Positions 44,816 through 55,680 of a stretch of DNA of 64,000 nucleotides are shown here, in pieces. Below the pieces are notes generated by a model. It did not search any database, had not been told where the DNA came from, and saw only the letters and a program-made list of their open reading frames with translations. Source of the DNA: Alphaproteobacteria bacterium. Lineage in GTDB: Bacteria > Pseudomonadota > Alphaproteobacteria > RF32 > CAG-239. The translations under genes were made by a program, and so were the position numbers. The stretch lies in assembly GCA_017621635.1 (NCBI GenBank), contig JAGASU010000107.1:239-64238 (forward strand), in the 5' to 3' direction. Every line of letters begins with the position of its first letter. Position 1 is the stretch's first letter.

Positions 44816-45547
44816 TCAGGGATTTCGCATAAACGGCAGATTTTCCCGCATACTGTAATAGCCGCGCTGACTTATGATAATATGGTCTTCTATGCTCAGG
44901 CGTACTGTTTTCAAGCCCTCTTTTAATTCTTTAGTCATTGCAATATCTCCGGTTGACGGAGCGCAGTCTCCCGAGGGATGGTTATGGGCAATAAGAACCG
45001 AACAGGCTTTAAACCGCAATGCTTTATTGATAATATCACGGGCGCTTAAAACAACCCCGCCGATTGTTCCGACCTGCTCAATATCATCACGAATATAGCG
45101 GCCGTGTATATCAAGATAAATAATCAACAGTTCTTCCCTGTCACTATAACCAATCCGCGAACGGCAATATTCGACGACTTTTTGCTTACTGGTTAAAACC
45201 GGCATATCTTTATTTTCAAGATTTTCCCAACAGATTTTATTACAGCAAGCGTGAACAATTGCACATAAAACCGTAGCATTTGCACCGACACCGTGAATAT
45301 TCATCAATTCTTCCGGCGGCGCTGACAGCACGTTGGCCAGATTGACATATTCGCGCAATAAGGCTTTTGCCAACGGCTTAACATCACGTCTGGGAATCGC
45401 ATACATTAAAATCAGCTCCAGCAACTCATAATCCGGCATTGAGCGTCCCAAGTCTGATAAAAAGCGGGCTTTTAAGCGTTGCCTGTGTCCGGCGTAATCC
45501 GGCTCGGATGTTTTGGGTTCTTCTTGTTTGTTCGTTTTTGTTGCCAT
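44816..45547 (-). CDS. radC: RadC-like JAB/MPN domain protein
   Basis: HNHPSGD motif, an HhH-like N-terminal part, 243 aa. Confidence 0.88.
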   Translation of the reverse strand: MATKTNKQEEPKTSEPDYAGHRQRLKARFLSDLGRSMPDYELLELILMYAIPRRDVKPLAKALLREYVNLANVLSAPPEELMNIHGVGANATVLCAIVHACCNKICWENLENKDMPVLTSKQKVVEYCRSRIGYSDREELLIIYLDIHGRYIRDDIEQVGTIGGVVLSARDIINKALRFKACSVLIAHNHPSGDCAPSTGDIAMTKELKEGLKTVRLSIEDHIIISQRGYYSMRENLPFMRNP

Positions 45548-45562
45548 AGTCCGTTATCCTTA

Positions 45563-46363
45563 TTATTTTTTATAGGGAGGCTTATCCAGCCCTTTAAGAG
45601 AATAGGTAAACACTTCGCACCCGTCTTTGGTTACGCCTAAGGAGTGTTCAAACTGGGCGGAAAGCGTGCGGTCTTTGGTTACCGCGGTCCAACCGTTCGG
45701 GAGAATCGTGCCGAATTTTTTACCAATGTTTATCATTGGCTCTATGGTGAAAAACATCCCTTCTTTGATTAACGGACCGGTGCCTTTGCGGCCAAAATGC
45801 AAAACGTTGGGTTCATCATGAAAAACACGTCCCAAACCGTGTCCGCAAAACATTTCTACGACGGAATAACCGTATTTGTGCGCATATTCTTCTATTACCG
45901 CGCCGATATCACCGAATCGGGCGCCGGGGCGTACAACATCTATGCCGCGCATTAAACACTCATAGGTTACATCACATAAACGCGTTGCCTTGAGTTTGGG
46001 TTTGCCGACATAATACATCCTTGAAGTGTCGCCATACCAACCGTCTAAAATAACGGTGACATCGATATTGACTATATCGCCGTCTTCGAGCTTTCTGTCA
46101 TCTGGGATACCGTGACAAATAACGTGATTTATTGAGGTACAGATTGTTTTGGGATAGCCGTGATAACCAAGGCAGGCAGGAATGGCGTTATGAGATTTGA
46201 TAAATTCACGACACAAGTCATCCAAATGTTCGGTTGTCACGCCGACATTAACAAAATCCGTGATATAATCCAAACACATTGCGGCTAATTTTCCTGCTTT
46301 GCGCATTCCTTCAAAATCAGCCGGTTCATAAATTTTTATTCCATTATCATCTGTCAGCGCCAC
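45563..46363 (-). CDS. map: Methionine aminopeptidase type I
   Basis: CHGIPD, DIVNIDV, HGLG and EPM motifs. GTG start 7 nt after AAGGAG. Confidence 0.92.
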   Translation of the reverse strand: MALTDDNGIKIYEPADFEGMRKAGKLAAMCLDYITDFVNVGVTTEHLDDLCREFIKSHNAIPACLGYHGYPKTICTSINHVICHGIPDDRKLEDGDIVNIDVTVILDGWYGDTSRMYYVGKPKLKATRLCDVTYECLMRGIDVVRPGARFGDIGAVIEEYAHKYGYSVVEMFCGHGLGRVFHDEPNVLHFGRKGTGPLIKEGMFFTIEPMINIGKKFGTILPNGWTAVTKDRTLSAQFEHSLGVTKDGCEVFTYSLKGLDKPPYKK

Positions 46364-46504
46364 TTTTTTACTCCTTATGTTTTGTTCTTGTTTTGTTTAT
46401 ACACACTTTTTTTTAAAATGCAAACGCTTTATTATTTTTTTTGCGGCCGGTGTTTTTTTAGAAATACGGCATATATAAAGGGATATTTTGATACGGAGGA
46501 AAAA

Positions 46505-46978
46505 ATGGCTTTAAGACTAACGCAAGCGCTTTACACATTTGTTTTGGTTTTTATTACGGCAATGCTTTGCCGCTATTTCACCAGTTTAGGGATAGACTCT
46601 TTTTACGGCACTTTGGAGCTTCCGGCAATAGCTCCTGCCAACCATTATTTTTCTTATGCGTGGACAGTGATTTACGTTTTGCTTTTTATCAGCTTTTATA
46701 TCACGCTTGAAAGCCAAAAGACCGAAGAACAGTTTTATGATGCGAACGCCTTATTTGTTACCCAGTTGTTTTTACAGATTTTATGGACGTTCAGCTTTTT
46801 TTATCTGGAACAGCTTTGGGCGTCTGCCGCGGTGATTGTTTTGCTTGATATGGTGGTGGCACTTTTAATGCACACGCTTCTTTTTATCAACGGCTGGGCA
46901 TTTGTTTTGCTTGTGCCGTATTTGCTTTGGCTGTTGTTTGCAACTTATTTGAACGTTATGCTCGTTTTTCTGAACTAA
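46505..46978 (+). CDS. tspO: TspO/MBR tryptophan-rich sensory protein family
   Basis: Five TM segments, Trp/Tyr-rich, about 157 aa. ATG at 46505 follows ACGGAGGA; the ORF-track start is upstream. Confidence 0.6.
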   Translation: MALRLTQALYTFVLVFITAMLCRYFTSLGIDSFYGTLELPAIAPANHYFSYAWTVIYVLLFISFYITLESQKTEEQFYDANALFVTQLFLQILWTFSFFYLEQLWASAAVIVLLDMVVALLMHTLLFINGWAFVLLVPYLLWLLFATYLNVMLVFLN

Positions 46979-47076
46979 AAAACAGCTTCTCCCTAAAATT
47001 TAAACTGGACATACAAAAAAAACTGCTTTATTTTAGGCAGGTTAAAAAGTTTAATTTAATTTTTTGGGAAGAAAAA

Positions 47077-49701
47077 ATGACTAGTGTTAATCAAATAAGA
47101 AAAACTTTCTTAAATTATTTTGAGAAGAACGGGCATAAGATTGTGCCGGCGTCTTCTCTTGTGCCGGATAACGACCCTACCCTGATGTTTACCAATTCGG
47201 GCATGGTGCAATTTAAAAACATTTTAGCAGGAAACGAAACCAGAGATTATACACGAGCCGCAACTTCCCAAAAAAGCGTTCGAGCCGGCGGCAAGCATAA
47301 TGACCTTGACAGTGTGGGCTATGATGTGCGCCACCATACGTTTTTTGAAATGCTCGGCAACTTTTCTTTTGGCGATTATTTTAAAGAAGAAGCGATTTAT
47401 TATGCTTGGGAACTGTTAACCAAAGAATTTATGATTCCGAAGGAGAAGTTGGCGGTTACGATTTATCATACCGATGATGAAGCTTATAACATTTGGAAAA
47501 AAGTTTCAGGGCTTTCTGATGAACGGATTATCAGAATTGCTACCAAAGACAACTTTTGGCAGATGGGTGATACGGGACCTTGCGGCCCTTGCTCGGAAAT
47601 CTTTTATGATCACGGACCGGAAGTCTGGGGCGGTCTGCCGGGGACACCGGAAGAAGACGGTGACAGATTTATTGAGATTTGGAATCTGGTATTCGACCAG
47701 TTTGAAGATTTGCCGGACGGTTCGCGCATTAATTTAAAAAAGCCCTCCATTGATACCGGTATGGGGTTGGAGCGAATCGCCGCTATTTTGCAGGGTGTTC
47801 ACTCTAACTTTGATACAGATACGTTTAAACACCTGATTGAGGCGATTGCCAACATTGCCAACACGAATCCGAAAGGCGAGTTGCAGGCTTCGCATAACGT
47901 CATTGCCGACCACTTGCGGGCTATGAGCTTTTTGATTGCCGACGGTGTGTTGCCTTCTAACGAAGGACGCGGCTATGTGTTGCGTCGCATTATGCGCAGA
48001 GCCATGCGCCACGCTTACCTCTTGGGGGTTAAAGAGCCGATGATGTATAAGCTTTTGCCAACGTTGCAAAAAGAAATGGGTGAGGCTTATCCGGAGCTTT
48101 ATCGTTTTGAAAAACTGATAACAGAAACCATTAAGGCTGAAGAAACAAGGTTTGGCAGAACACTTGACAAAGGTATGCGCTTGCTTGATGAAGAAACCGC
48201 TCATTTGAACAAAGGCGATACACTTAACGGTGAAACAGCATTTAAGCTTTATGACACCTACGGTTTCCCGCTTGATTTGACACAAGACGCGCTCAAGAAC
48301 AAAGGAATCGAGGTTGATGTCAACGGGTTTGATGCGGCTATGGCCAAGCAAAAAGAAGAAGCGCGCAAAAACTGGGCAGGGTCAGGCGATGCCGGAACGG
48401 AAAAGATTTGGTTTGAAGTTAAGGAAAATATCGGCGGCACGGAATTTTTGGGCTATACGACCACCAAGAGCGACGGCATTATCAAGACTTTAGTTCAAGA
48501 CAACAAGATTGTTGACAATGTTAAAAGCGGCGAATTTTATCTGGTTGCCAACCAGACGCCGTTTTACGGAGAATGCGGCGGCCAAGTCGGCGATATCGGC
48601 GTTATCTCGGGCAAAGGCTTTAAGGCGGAAGTTTATGACACCAAACGCAAGCTTGATACCGTATTCGTGCATTGTTGCCGAATGATTGAAGGCGAAGTTA
48701 AAGTTGAAGACTTTGCCAACTTTGAAGTTAACATTGAGAATCGCAAACGCATTTGCGCAAACCACTCGGTAACACACTTGGCGCATAAGGCATTAAGGAC
48801 AATTTTAGGCGACCATGTTATGCAAAAAGGCTCTATGGTTGCGGCAGACAGAATGCGTTTTGATATTTCGCACCCAAAGCAAATCAGCGCTGAAGAATTG
48901 AAACAAGCTGAGGATATGGTTAACGAGGCTATTCGCAAGAACTATACTGTCAACACGGTTTTGATGAACCAAGATGAAGCGGTTAAGACAGGGGCGATGG
49001 CGTTGTTTGGTGAAAAATACGGCGAAGAAGTGCGCGTGGTTACAATGGAAAAAGACGGCGAAGTTTATTCGCGCGAGCTATGCGGCGGAACGCACGTTTG
49101 CAGTACCGGTGAAATCGGCTACTTTAACATCATTGGAGAATCGGCTGTTTCGGCAGGTGTGCGCCGTATTGAGTGCGTGACGGGCAAAGGGGCGGAAGAA
49201 TATGTGGACGATGTTGAATGCAAGTTACACTCTGCCTGCAATATCTTAAAAACCAATGTCAATGACTTAGAAGCACGCATTAACAATTTGCTTATCGAAA
49301 GAAAGAAAATGGAAGCGGAAATCTTTAATTTGAAGAAATCCCTTGCCGGCGGCGGGGCTTCTAAAAATACCGAGGCGGAAGTTGTCAACGGCGTGAAATT
49401 TATCGGCAAAGTCATTCCTGATGTTCACCCCAAAGAGCTTAAAGCTTTTATCGACGAGATGAGCCAAAATATCGGCTCGGGCGTTATGGTTTTGGCAACA
49501 GATAAAGACGGTAAAGCCTCGATTGTGGTTGGCGTAACCAAGGACTTGGTCGGCAAATATTCCGCGGTTGAGTTGGTGCGTATTGCCTCAAGAGCTGTCG
49601 GCGGACAAGGCGGCGGCGGAAGACCTGATATGGCGCAAGCCGGCGGTCCGAACGCTGATAAGCTTGAATATGCGTTTGAAGAAGTTAAAAAAGCGATGTA
49701 A
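47077..49701 (+). CDS. alaS: Alanine--tRNA ligase
   Basis: [20 protein letters not shown].., [28 protein letters not shown], and editing-domain HxxxH/CGGTH. Confidence 0.96.
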   Translation: MTSVNQIRKTFLNYFEKNGHKIVPASSLVPDNDPTLMFTNSGMVQFKNILAGNETRDYTRAATSQKSVRAGGKHNDLDSVGYDVRHHTFFEMLGNFSFGDYFKEEAIYYAWELLTKEFMIPKEKLAVTIYHTDDEAYNIWKKVSGLSDERIIRIATKDNFWQMGDTGPCGPCSEIFYDHGPEVWGGLPGTPEEDGDRFIEIWNLVFDQFEDLPDGSRINLKKPSIDTGMGLERIAAILQGVHSNFDTDTFKHLIEAIANIANTNPKGELQASHNVIADHLRAMSFLIADGVLPSNEGRGYVLRRIMRRAMRHAYLLGVKEPMMYKLLPTLQKEMGEAYPELYRFEKLITETIKAEETRFGRTLDKGMRLLDEETAHLNKGDTLNGETAFKLYDTYGFPLDLTQDALKNKGIEVDVNGFDAAMAKQKEEARKNWAGSGDAGTEKIWFEVKENIGGTEFLGYTTTKSDGIIKTLVQDNKIVDNVKSGEFYLVANQTPFYGECGGQVGDIGVISGKGFKAEVYDTKRKLDTVFVHCCRMIEGEVKVEDFANFEVNIENRKRICANHSVTHLAHKALRTILGDHVMQKGSMVAADRMRFDISHPKQISAEELKQAEDMVNEAIRKNYTVNTVLMNQDEAVKTGAMALFGEKYGEEVRVVTMEKDGEVYSRELCGGTHVCSTGEIGYFNIIGESAVSAGVRRIECVTGKGAEEYVDDVECKLHSACNILKTNVNDLEARINNLLIERKKMEAEIFNLKKSLAGGGASKNTEAEVVNGVKFIGKVIPDVHPKELKAFIDEMSQNIGSGVMVLATDKDGKASIVVGVTKDLVGKYSAVELVRIASRAVGGQGGGGRPDMAQAGGPNADKLEYAFEEVKKAM

Positions 49702-49702
49702 C

Positions 49703-49733
49703 AGAAAAGCTCTCCTTTGAGGAGAGCTTTTTT
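49703..49733. terminator. Bidirectional intrinsic terminator between alaS and the lipoprotein gene
   Basis: AAGCTCTCC-TTTGA-GGAGAGCTT flanked by A- and T-runs. Confidence 0.8.
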
Positions 49734-49745
49734 AATATGATTTCT

Positions 49746-50345
49746 TTATTTTATACCGGTCACCGCGTGCGCTAAACCGACTTCCGAATTTGCTTTATTG
49801 ATAATGCTAATTAAACTTTTTTCATCTTTCTTGCTTAAAGAAACCAGAGCTTTAATATATTCGCCTTCTTTTCCGATACTTGCTTCATTTTTCAGAGCTT
49901 GAAAATTAAATAAACAGAAGCGGCGTGTTTGTGCGTCTTGCAGCCGGCTGTACCGCCCGTAATAACCATATGAGGGGGTTAAATTAGGTGCTGCGCCTTC
50001 CATTTCTATATAAACACCGTTGCGATTATATTGCCACATTCCGCCACTGGCTACATCCGTCAACCAACTCGGCCAAAATGTTAAATTTAATACAGCAGCC
50101 CCGCTTAACTGTGAGCGAAGCATAGTATTTTGATCAGCATATCCTCTTTTTTTAGCATTAATGACTACCGTGGCCGAGTTTCTGTCAACCGGAAAAATAC
50201 ATGGCGTCGTGCAAGCTTTCATCCCGTTTATATAAATTTCAACTCCCGGCACATTTGATGAAAACTGAATATCCTGACTGGAACCGTTTACCAATGTTCC
50301 GCACGAAGCCAATAACGGTATTAATAATAAAGCTGATAATTTCAT
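49746..50345 (-). CDS. Lipoprotein with PEGA-like N-terminal domain
   Basis: Lipobox LLASC, and GVEIYINGMKACTTPCIFPV resembling a PEGA domain. Confidence 0.65.
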   Translation of the reverse strand: MKLSALLLIPLLASCGTLVNGSSQDIQFSSNVPGVEIYINGMKACTTPCIFPVDRNSATVVINAKKRGYADQNTMLRSQLSGAAVLNLTFWPSWLTDVASGGMWQYNRNGVYIEMEGAAPNLTPSYGYYGRYSRLQDAQTRRFCLFNFQALKNEASIGKEGEYIKALVSLSKKDEKSLISIINKANSEVGLAHAVTGIK

Positions 50346-50374
50346 TTAGTCACATCCTTTATTTATGTTCAAAC

Positions 50375-50576
50375 AAAAAACCCGCTTAAAAATTAAGGCG
50401 GGCGGATGCTGGAAAACCATAGTACAAGATTATGGCTCGGCTTATTTGGATAAAACCTTATTTGCCGACATCCGCCCATCACAAGCTAAGATATCGGCAC
50501 AAATTTTCAGTCGAGTGCTTACGACTTCTTGTACTTAAGGGTTTCCAGGCCCTAGGTCTTGTTTTTTGCAAGACTT
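50375..50576 (-). ncRNA. Structured RNA element, copy 1 (about 200 nt; unknown family; possible cis-regulatory leader of 49746..50345)
   Basis: Promoter-like TTGCTT, 16 nt spacer, TAATCT (50583-50610). Also a 5' A-loop hairpin, a closing helix, internal hairpins, a pseudoknot/antiterminator helix and the intrinsic terminator CCCGC(C)TTAA-TTT-TTAAGCGGG+U6. See findings. Ends are approximate. Confidence 0.6.
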
Positions 50577-50582
50577 GTCTTA

Positions 50583-50610
50583 AGATTAGCATATAAAAAA
50601 AAATAAGCAA
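50583..50610 (-). promoter_or_regulatory. Promoter-like signal for RNA copy 1
   Basis: On the minus strand: TTGCTT, 16 nt spacer, TAATCT. The -35 also forms part of an AU-rich hairpin followed by U9, so its role is ambiguous. Confidence 0.35.
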
Positions 50611-50659
50611 GTCTTTTTAGTTGCTTATTTTATTTAAACTTAAATTTAATTGAATAAAT

Positions 50660-50866
50660 AAAAAACCCGCGCAATAAGTCAGGCGGGTGGACGCTGGAAA
50701 ACCATAAGTACAAGAAAAATGGCCCGACCTTTCAGGTATGACCTATCGGCCGACATCCACCCCTTATGAGTTAAGACATCGGCACTGTTTTTAAAGTCGC
50801 GTGCATACGACTCTTGTACTTTTAAGGGCTTCCAGACCCCAGATATCGTTTTTTTCGATATCCGAG
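50660..50866 (-). ncRNA. Structured RNA element, copy 2 (about 205 nt, paralog of copy 1)
   Basis: Same architecture as copy 1, with compensatory changes. Terminator is CCCGC..GCGGG+U6 at 50660-50687. Ends are approximate. Confidence 0.6.
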
Positions 50867-50870
50867 ATAT

Positions 50871-50899
50871 GTTTTAGTTTGTTATTATGTATTTGGCAA
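50871..50899 (-). promoter_or_regulatory. Promoter-like signal for RNA copy 2
   Basis: On the minus strand: TTGCCA, 17 nt spacer, TAAAAC, ending about 7 nt before the 5' hairpin. Confidence 0.4.
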
Positions 50900-50943
50900 G
50901 TTTTTTATTAAGAAATCTCCCACTTATGCGGGAGATTTCTTTT

Positions 50944-52137
50944 TTAACCGAGTTTCGGTGTTTTTTTATGCGGCTCCAGAGTTTTAATTTCTATATTATG
51001 CGTTGAGGGATTATAGGTTAATCCGAGCGCTCCTCGACGCAACATCTCCGCAAAACGGCCGAATATTTCATAACGCCAGCCTTCCATAATTTTGCTTTTG
51101 GCTTTCGGACTTTTGACGTATTCGCGCAATTTTTTTTCGGTTGTTATCAAATGAGGTACAACACCATGTTCGTTGCTCTTTATTTTTAAGAGCAACTTTA
51201 ATATTTCATAGAGCGATTGCTGGGTCGGTGATAATGTTACCTCTTTTTCGCGGTCTGTTTTGCTTAAGTTCTTGTCAAAATCGCTTTCATTTAAGTTCGA
51301 TAAAATTTCCACCATTTCTTTGGCCAAAACGCTTTTAGCTATATCCGAACGCATACCGCGCACACGTTTTATTTCTTCCATATCTTTTGGAAACGCCGCA
51401 GCAATATTTATCAGCATTTCGTCCTTTATAATATTTTGGCGTGTGGTATTTTGTTTTACCGCGCGTTTTTCACGCCAACAGGCCAGTGCTTTGAGAGCAT
51501 TTAAGAAAGCGTGCGAATGACCATTATGACGAATTCTTTGCCATGCATTTTCGGGGCAGACCTGATAATGAGCCACATCTGTCAAATCAACCATTTCCTC
51601 GGCAATCCAGTTTTCTCTTTTATGTTCTTTGAGATAGTCTGCTATTTTGGCATAACAGGTTAATAAATGAGTCACGTCGCCTAAAGCATATTGCATTTGT
51701 TCTTCTGTTAACGGACGAAGCTGCCAATTTGTCAAACGGCAGGTTTTATCAAGTTCTACTTCGCAACAGGCTTTGACAAGATTTTCATAGCTGACATTTT
51801 CCCCTAAACCGCAAGCTTCGGCGGCTATTTGCGTATCAAACACGGAAACGGGAACCGAGCCTGACAGATTATAAAGAATTTCCAAATCCTGCCGGCCGGA
51901 ATGAAATATTTTTAAGATATTTTCATTCTGCAAAACAGCAAAAAAAGGACTTAAATCCAGATCTTCAGCCAACGGGTCAATTAAAAACGCCCCTTTTTGA
52001 CAGGCAACCTGAATTAAACAGGGAATAGGATAATAAGTTTTTTCACGAATAAACTCACTATCTATGGCGATATGGGTTTGCGTTTGCAATATTTCACAAA
52101 CACTTTTAAGCTCTTTAGTGGTATCTATTAAATTCAT
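50944..52137 (-). CDS. rnd: Ribonuclease D (DEDDy 3'-5' exonuclease + HRDC)
   Basis: IAIDSEF, FHSGRQDLE and YALGDVTHL motifs, 397 aa. Confidence 0.88.
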   Translation of the reverse strand: MNLIDTTKELKSVCEILQTQTHIAIDSEFIREKTYYPIPCLIQVACQKGAFLIDPLAEDLDLSPFFAVLQNENILKIFHSGRQDLEILYNLSGSVPVSVFDTQIAAEACGLGENVSYENLVKACCEVELDKTCRLTNWQLRPLTEEQMQYALGDVTHLLTCYAKIADYLKEHKRENWIAEEMVDLTDVAHYQVCPENAWQRIRHNGHSHAFLNALKALACWREKRAVKQNTTRQNIIKDEMLINIAAAFPKDMEEIKRVRGMRSDIAKSVLAKEMVEILSNLNESDFDKNLSKTDREKEVTLSPTQQSLYEILKLLLKIKSNEHGVVPHLITTEKKLREYVKSPKAKSKIMEGWRYEIFGRFAEMLRRGALGLTYNPSTHNIEIKTLEPHKKTPKLG

Positions 52138-52270
52138 TGCTTTTAGTTTCCTTTATTTTTCATTACGTTACCTATCATTGTTTAATATTTTTTTAATTTT
52201 AGCTTGCATTTTTGCCAATTTGGGAATTTAATGGCGATATTGATGTTAACATTATTCTTCAGAGGTATTT

Positions 52271-54037
52271 ATGATTGAATACAGAACGCATACCTGCGGC
52301 GAGTTAAGAGCCGGCGATGCAGGTAAAAAAGTTAAGCTTTCGGGGTGGATTCACCGTAAAAGAAATTTAGGCAATTTGTGTTTTATTGACTTGCGCGATC
52401 ATTATGGTATCACGCAATGCGTGGTTAACAGCTCAAGCGACTTATTTAAAAAGTTTGAAGATATCCGTGTTGAAAGCGTCGTTACCGTGGACGGCAAAGC
52501 CGTTATGCGCGAGAGCGTGAACAAAAATATGCCGACGGGTGATATTGAAGTTTTGGTTGAGGCGGTTGAATTACATTCTCAGGCTGATGTTTTGCCGATT
52601 CAGGTATTTGGTGAGGATAATTCGCCCGAGGATATGCGTTTGAAATACAGATTTTTGGATTTACGGCGTGAAAAAATCCATAACAACATCATTTTGCGTT
52701 GTCAAGTGATTAAGCGTATGCGTGAGTTGATGAACGAGCAGGGATTTTTGGAGTATCAGACCCCTATTCTGACTGCGTCTTCTCCTGAGGGCGCAAGGGA
52801 CTTTTTGGTGCCGTCACGTTTGAATCCGGGGAAATTTTATGCGCTTCCGCAATCGCCGCAACAATTCAAACAGCTGTTGATGGTTTCGGGATTTGACAAG
52901 TATTTTCAAATTGCGCCGTGTTTTCGTGATGAAGATCCGAGAGCTGACAGAAGCCCCGGGGAATTTTATCAGCTTGATATGGAGATGTCTTTTGCCACGC
53001 AAGAAGATGTGTTTGCGGTTATGGAAAAGACAATGGGGACGATTTTTAATGAGTTTGCCAATGGCAAGACGGTTGATCAAGCGCCGTTTAAGAGAATTGC
53101 TTTCAGAGAGGCTATGTTAAAGTATGGCTCTGATAAGCCGGATTTGCGCAACCCTCTGTATATTCAAGATGCGACAGCGTTCTTTAACAATTCCGGTTTC
53201 GGCGTTTATGACAATAAGGCGGCTAACGGCGAAGAATTGCGCGCGATTGTTATTCCTGATGCCGGAGAAAAGCCTCGGTCTTTCTTTGACAAGCTGGACG
53301 GCTTTGCCAAAGAGGAAGGTTTCGGCGGTATGGCTTATGTTGCGTTATCTACTAACGGCGCTAAAGGTATTGCCAAATTTTTCTCAGAGGAGAAAATGGC
53401 CGAGCTTAAAAATACATTCGGGCTTAAAGACGGCGACGCTGTTGTATTTATGGGCGGAAATAAAAAGCTTATCAATAAATTTGCCGGCAAAGTTCGCACC
53501 AAGCTTGGCGAAGAATTGGATTTGATTGAGAAAAACGCTTTCAGAATCTGCTGGATTATTGATTTTCCGTTTTATGAAGAAAATGAAGAAACCGGCGCGG
53601 TTGAATTTTCACACAACCCGTTTTCTATGCCGCAAGGCGGAATGGATGCGCTTTTAAATAAAGATCCGCTGGAGATTTTAGCTTATCAGTATGATATGGT
53701 TTGCAATGGTGTTGAGTTGGCTTCGGGTGCGGTTCGTAACCACAAGCCGGAGATTATGTATAAAGCGTTTGAAATTGCCGGATATGACAACAGTGTTGTT
53801 GATAACAAATTCGGCGGAATGATTAATGCGTTTAAGTATGGCGCGCCACCGCACGCCGGTTGCGCTCCAGGGGTTGACAGAACGGTTATGTTGCTTTTAG
53901 ACGAGCCGATTATCCGTGATGTTATTCTCTTCCCGTTAAACGGCAAAGCACAAGATTTGCTTATGCAGGCGCCAAATACGGTGAACCAGCAGCAGATTGA
54001 TGATTTGCATATTAAGATTGTGGAAGATAAAGAATAA
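52271..54037 (+). CDS. aspS: Aspartate--tRNA ligase
   Basis: [27 protein letters not shown] and [16 protein letters not shown] motifs. Confidence 0.96.
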   Translation: MIEYRTHTCGELRAGDAGKKVKLSGWIHRKRNLGNLCFIDLRDHYGITQCVVNSSSDLFKKFEDIRVESVVTVDGKAVMRESVNKNMPTGDIEVLVEAVELHSQADVLPIQVFGEDNSPEDMRLKYRFLDLRREKIHNNIILRCQVIKRMRELMNEQGFLEYQTPILTASSPEGARDFLVPSRLNPGKFYALPQSPQQFKQLLMVSGFDKYFQIAPCFRDEDPRADRSPGEFYQLDMEMSFATQEDVFAVMEKTMGTIFNEFANGKTVDQAPFKRIAFREAMLKYGSDKPDLRNPLYIQDATAFFNNSGFGVYDNKAANGEELRAIVIPDAGEKPRSFFDKLDGFAKEEGFGGMAYVALSTNGAKGIAKFFSEEKMAELKNTFGLKDGDAVVFMGGNKKLINKFAGKVRTKLGEELDLIEKNAFRICWIIDFPFYEENEETGAVEFSHNPFSMPQGGMDALLNKDPLEILAYQYDMVCNGVELASGAVRNHKPEIMYKAFEIAGYDNSVVDNKFGGMINAFKYGAPPHAGCAPGVDRTVMLLLDEPIIRDVILFPLNGKAQDLLMQAPNTVNQQQIDDLHIKIVEDKE

Positions 54038-54043
54038 AGAATT

Positions 54044-54074
54044 TCCCCGCGGGAAGACCTGCGGGGATTTTTTT
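54044..54074 (+). terminator. Intrinsic terminator of aspS
   Basis: TCCCCGC-GGGAAGACCT-GCGGGGA followed by T7. Confidence 0.85.
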
Positions 54075-54077
54075 ATA

Positions 54078-54144
54078 GCAACGCTAAAGCGTTTAGTTAT
54101 GGATTGCTTCGGTTATTGCCTTACGGCTTACCTCGCAATGACGC
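54078..54144. repeat. Solo REP-like hairpin unit (copy C)
   Basis: AACGC-TAAA-GCGTT hairpin, then GTTATGGATTGC..GCC-TTAC-GGC..CTCGCAATGAC. The core is identical to the unit inside copy B. Confidence 0.8.
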
Positions 54145-54211
54145 AGGAGGGAGTGACGTTGCAACCCCGCGATAATGTGAGAGGTGTTGATTAAACAAAA
54201 GTCACTTAAAA

Positions 54212-55660
54212 CTAATCTATTTCTTTGCCGTAGAGCAGTTTATTATAGATTGCGGATTGTTTTTCCAGCTCGCTGTTTAGAGTATCCAAGCCTAATTTTT
54301 CCAACAAGGTTTGTTCGCCTGAAAACAATGAAACACCTAAGCCCAGTTTATGGCCGTCTATTTTATAGCCCAGCCCTTCCAAAATGGTTGGCATTGTATC
54401 AAGTGCGGTAAAACGACGGTTTTTAGCATATGGTGTTTCTTTGAAGACAGAGTTGATATAAACATTATATATCGGGCGTTCCATATTTTTTGAAAAGATT
54501 GTACTGCTCATGGTCGGGTGATCACCAACGATGACGATTTCGGTGTTTTCATAAAAAGGCTGCTGTGTCAGCCAATCAACAAAAGCGGATATTTGCAGGC
54601 TTGAACAGGAAACAACATTTTTAAAATATTCCTCATCTTTGATTTTGGCGTCATGATATTTGATTTGACAATTTTCCTTAGAGAAATGTTCATTGCCGAA
54701 ATGCGTATCCAGCGTCATCAACGTCATAAAAAACGGTTTATCCTGCTTGCTTAAAACGGCCAGTTCTTCTTTTGCATAAGCAAACAATTTTGCGTCACGC
54801 ACAATTCTTTTACGGCGAGGATCCGTTGCTGCGGAAAGGTTATCTCTTTTGGCATAAAAATCCCAATCAAGGATTTTGGCTTTACCATGCGTTTCAATAA
54901 ATTTATCGGTTCCGGCAAACTCACGGCTCATACCGTTTAAGAAACTTTGGGTATAACCTTCTTTTGCCAAAATATCGGGTAAACATATTGCTTGAGGGAG
55001 AAAACCATTTATCGGGTGATAACGGCGGACATTAACCGGAAGCCTTAACGGAATAGCGCATAACTGAGCCACCAAAGAAGCCTGCGTGTAATTAGCGCCG
55101 TTAATATTGCTAAACCCGCCAAAACCTTCCGTGTGGCTGAAACTGATATTGTTTTGAGCTATTTTTTGTAATTCGGGAATAAGATTTACCCCAAAATAAC
55201 TCTCATTTGCGTACGAAACATCCATTGATTCGGCAAAAATCATAATCAGATTTCGTTTTTGAGCGGGCGGGGTTATTTTAACCAGTGATGTGTCTGCATA
55301 ATTTTTCTCGTATAAATCGCCCATCACCCCGTGGCTATGATATTCGTTTATAATGCGGGGAATGTCCATTTTATGATAACCGGCGACTAACGAAAATAAA
55401 AAGAAGACAACCGCAAAGCCCAGACATTTGGCAGGTGAGATTTTGCGAGCGACAAAAAATAAGATAACCGTTATGATAGAACTCATCAGGAGCGTGTTTT
55501 GCAAATAGCTGTATACCAGTTTTATTTCCGTATCCAAGGGGACGTTTAGGTGAAAGATAATTTGTTCGTAGGTTACCTCGCCAAATTTACGCGGAATCCA
55601 GTTTGCGGTTGAGAAAATCATATATCCGAAAAATACTAATAACAGCGATAATATTTTCAT
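54212..55660 (-). CDS. Sulfatase-superfamily membrane enzyme (LtaS/phosphoglycerol-transferase-like)
   Basis: N-terminal TM bundle plus an extracellular domain with FAESMD.., LDTHF and VIVGDHP. Confidence 0.75.
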   Translation of the reverse strand: MKILSLLLVFFGYMIFSTANWIPRKFGEVTYEQIIFHLNVPLDTEIKLVYSYLQNTLLMSSIITVILFFVARKISPAKCLGFAVVFFLFSLVAGYHKMDIPRIINEYHSHGVMGDLYEKNYADTSLVKITPPAQKRNLIMIFAESMDVSYANESYFGVNLIPELQKIAQNNISFSHTEGFGGFSNINGANYTQASLVAQLCAIPLRLPVNVRRYHPINGFLPQAICLPDILAKEGYTQSFLNGMSREFAGTDKFIETHGKAKILDWDFYAKRDNLSAATDPRRKRIVRDAKLFAYAKEELAVLSKQDKPFFMTLMTLDTHFGNEHFSKENCQIKYHDAKIKDEEYFKNVVSCSSLQISAFVDWLTQQPFYENTEIVIVGDHPTMSSTIFSKNMERPIYNVYINSVFKETPYAKNRRFTALDTMPTILEGLGYKIDGHKLGLGVSLFSGEQTLLEKLGLDTLNSELEKQSAIYNKLLYGKEID

Positions 55661-55680
55661 AACAGTTCCTTTTTTATTTT

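Noticed and set aside
50375-50866. Plus-strand orientation of the tandem RNAs, and identity as 6S RNA
   Set aside because: In plus sense three helices acquire A-C mismatches where minus sense has G-U. The GC-rich hairpins with U6 exist only in minus sense. The branched fold with a pseudoknot does not resemble the 6S rod with a central bubble.
50912-50945. Hairpin GAAATCTCCC..GGGAGATTTC after rnd, considered as the rnd terminator
   Set aside because: Its T-run is on the plus strand and the minus sense has no U-tract. It therefore looks like a plus-sense terminator with no obvious plus-sense gene. I left it unassigned; it is a caveat for the RNA strand call.
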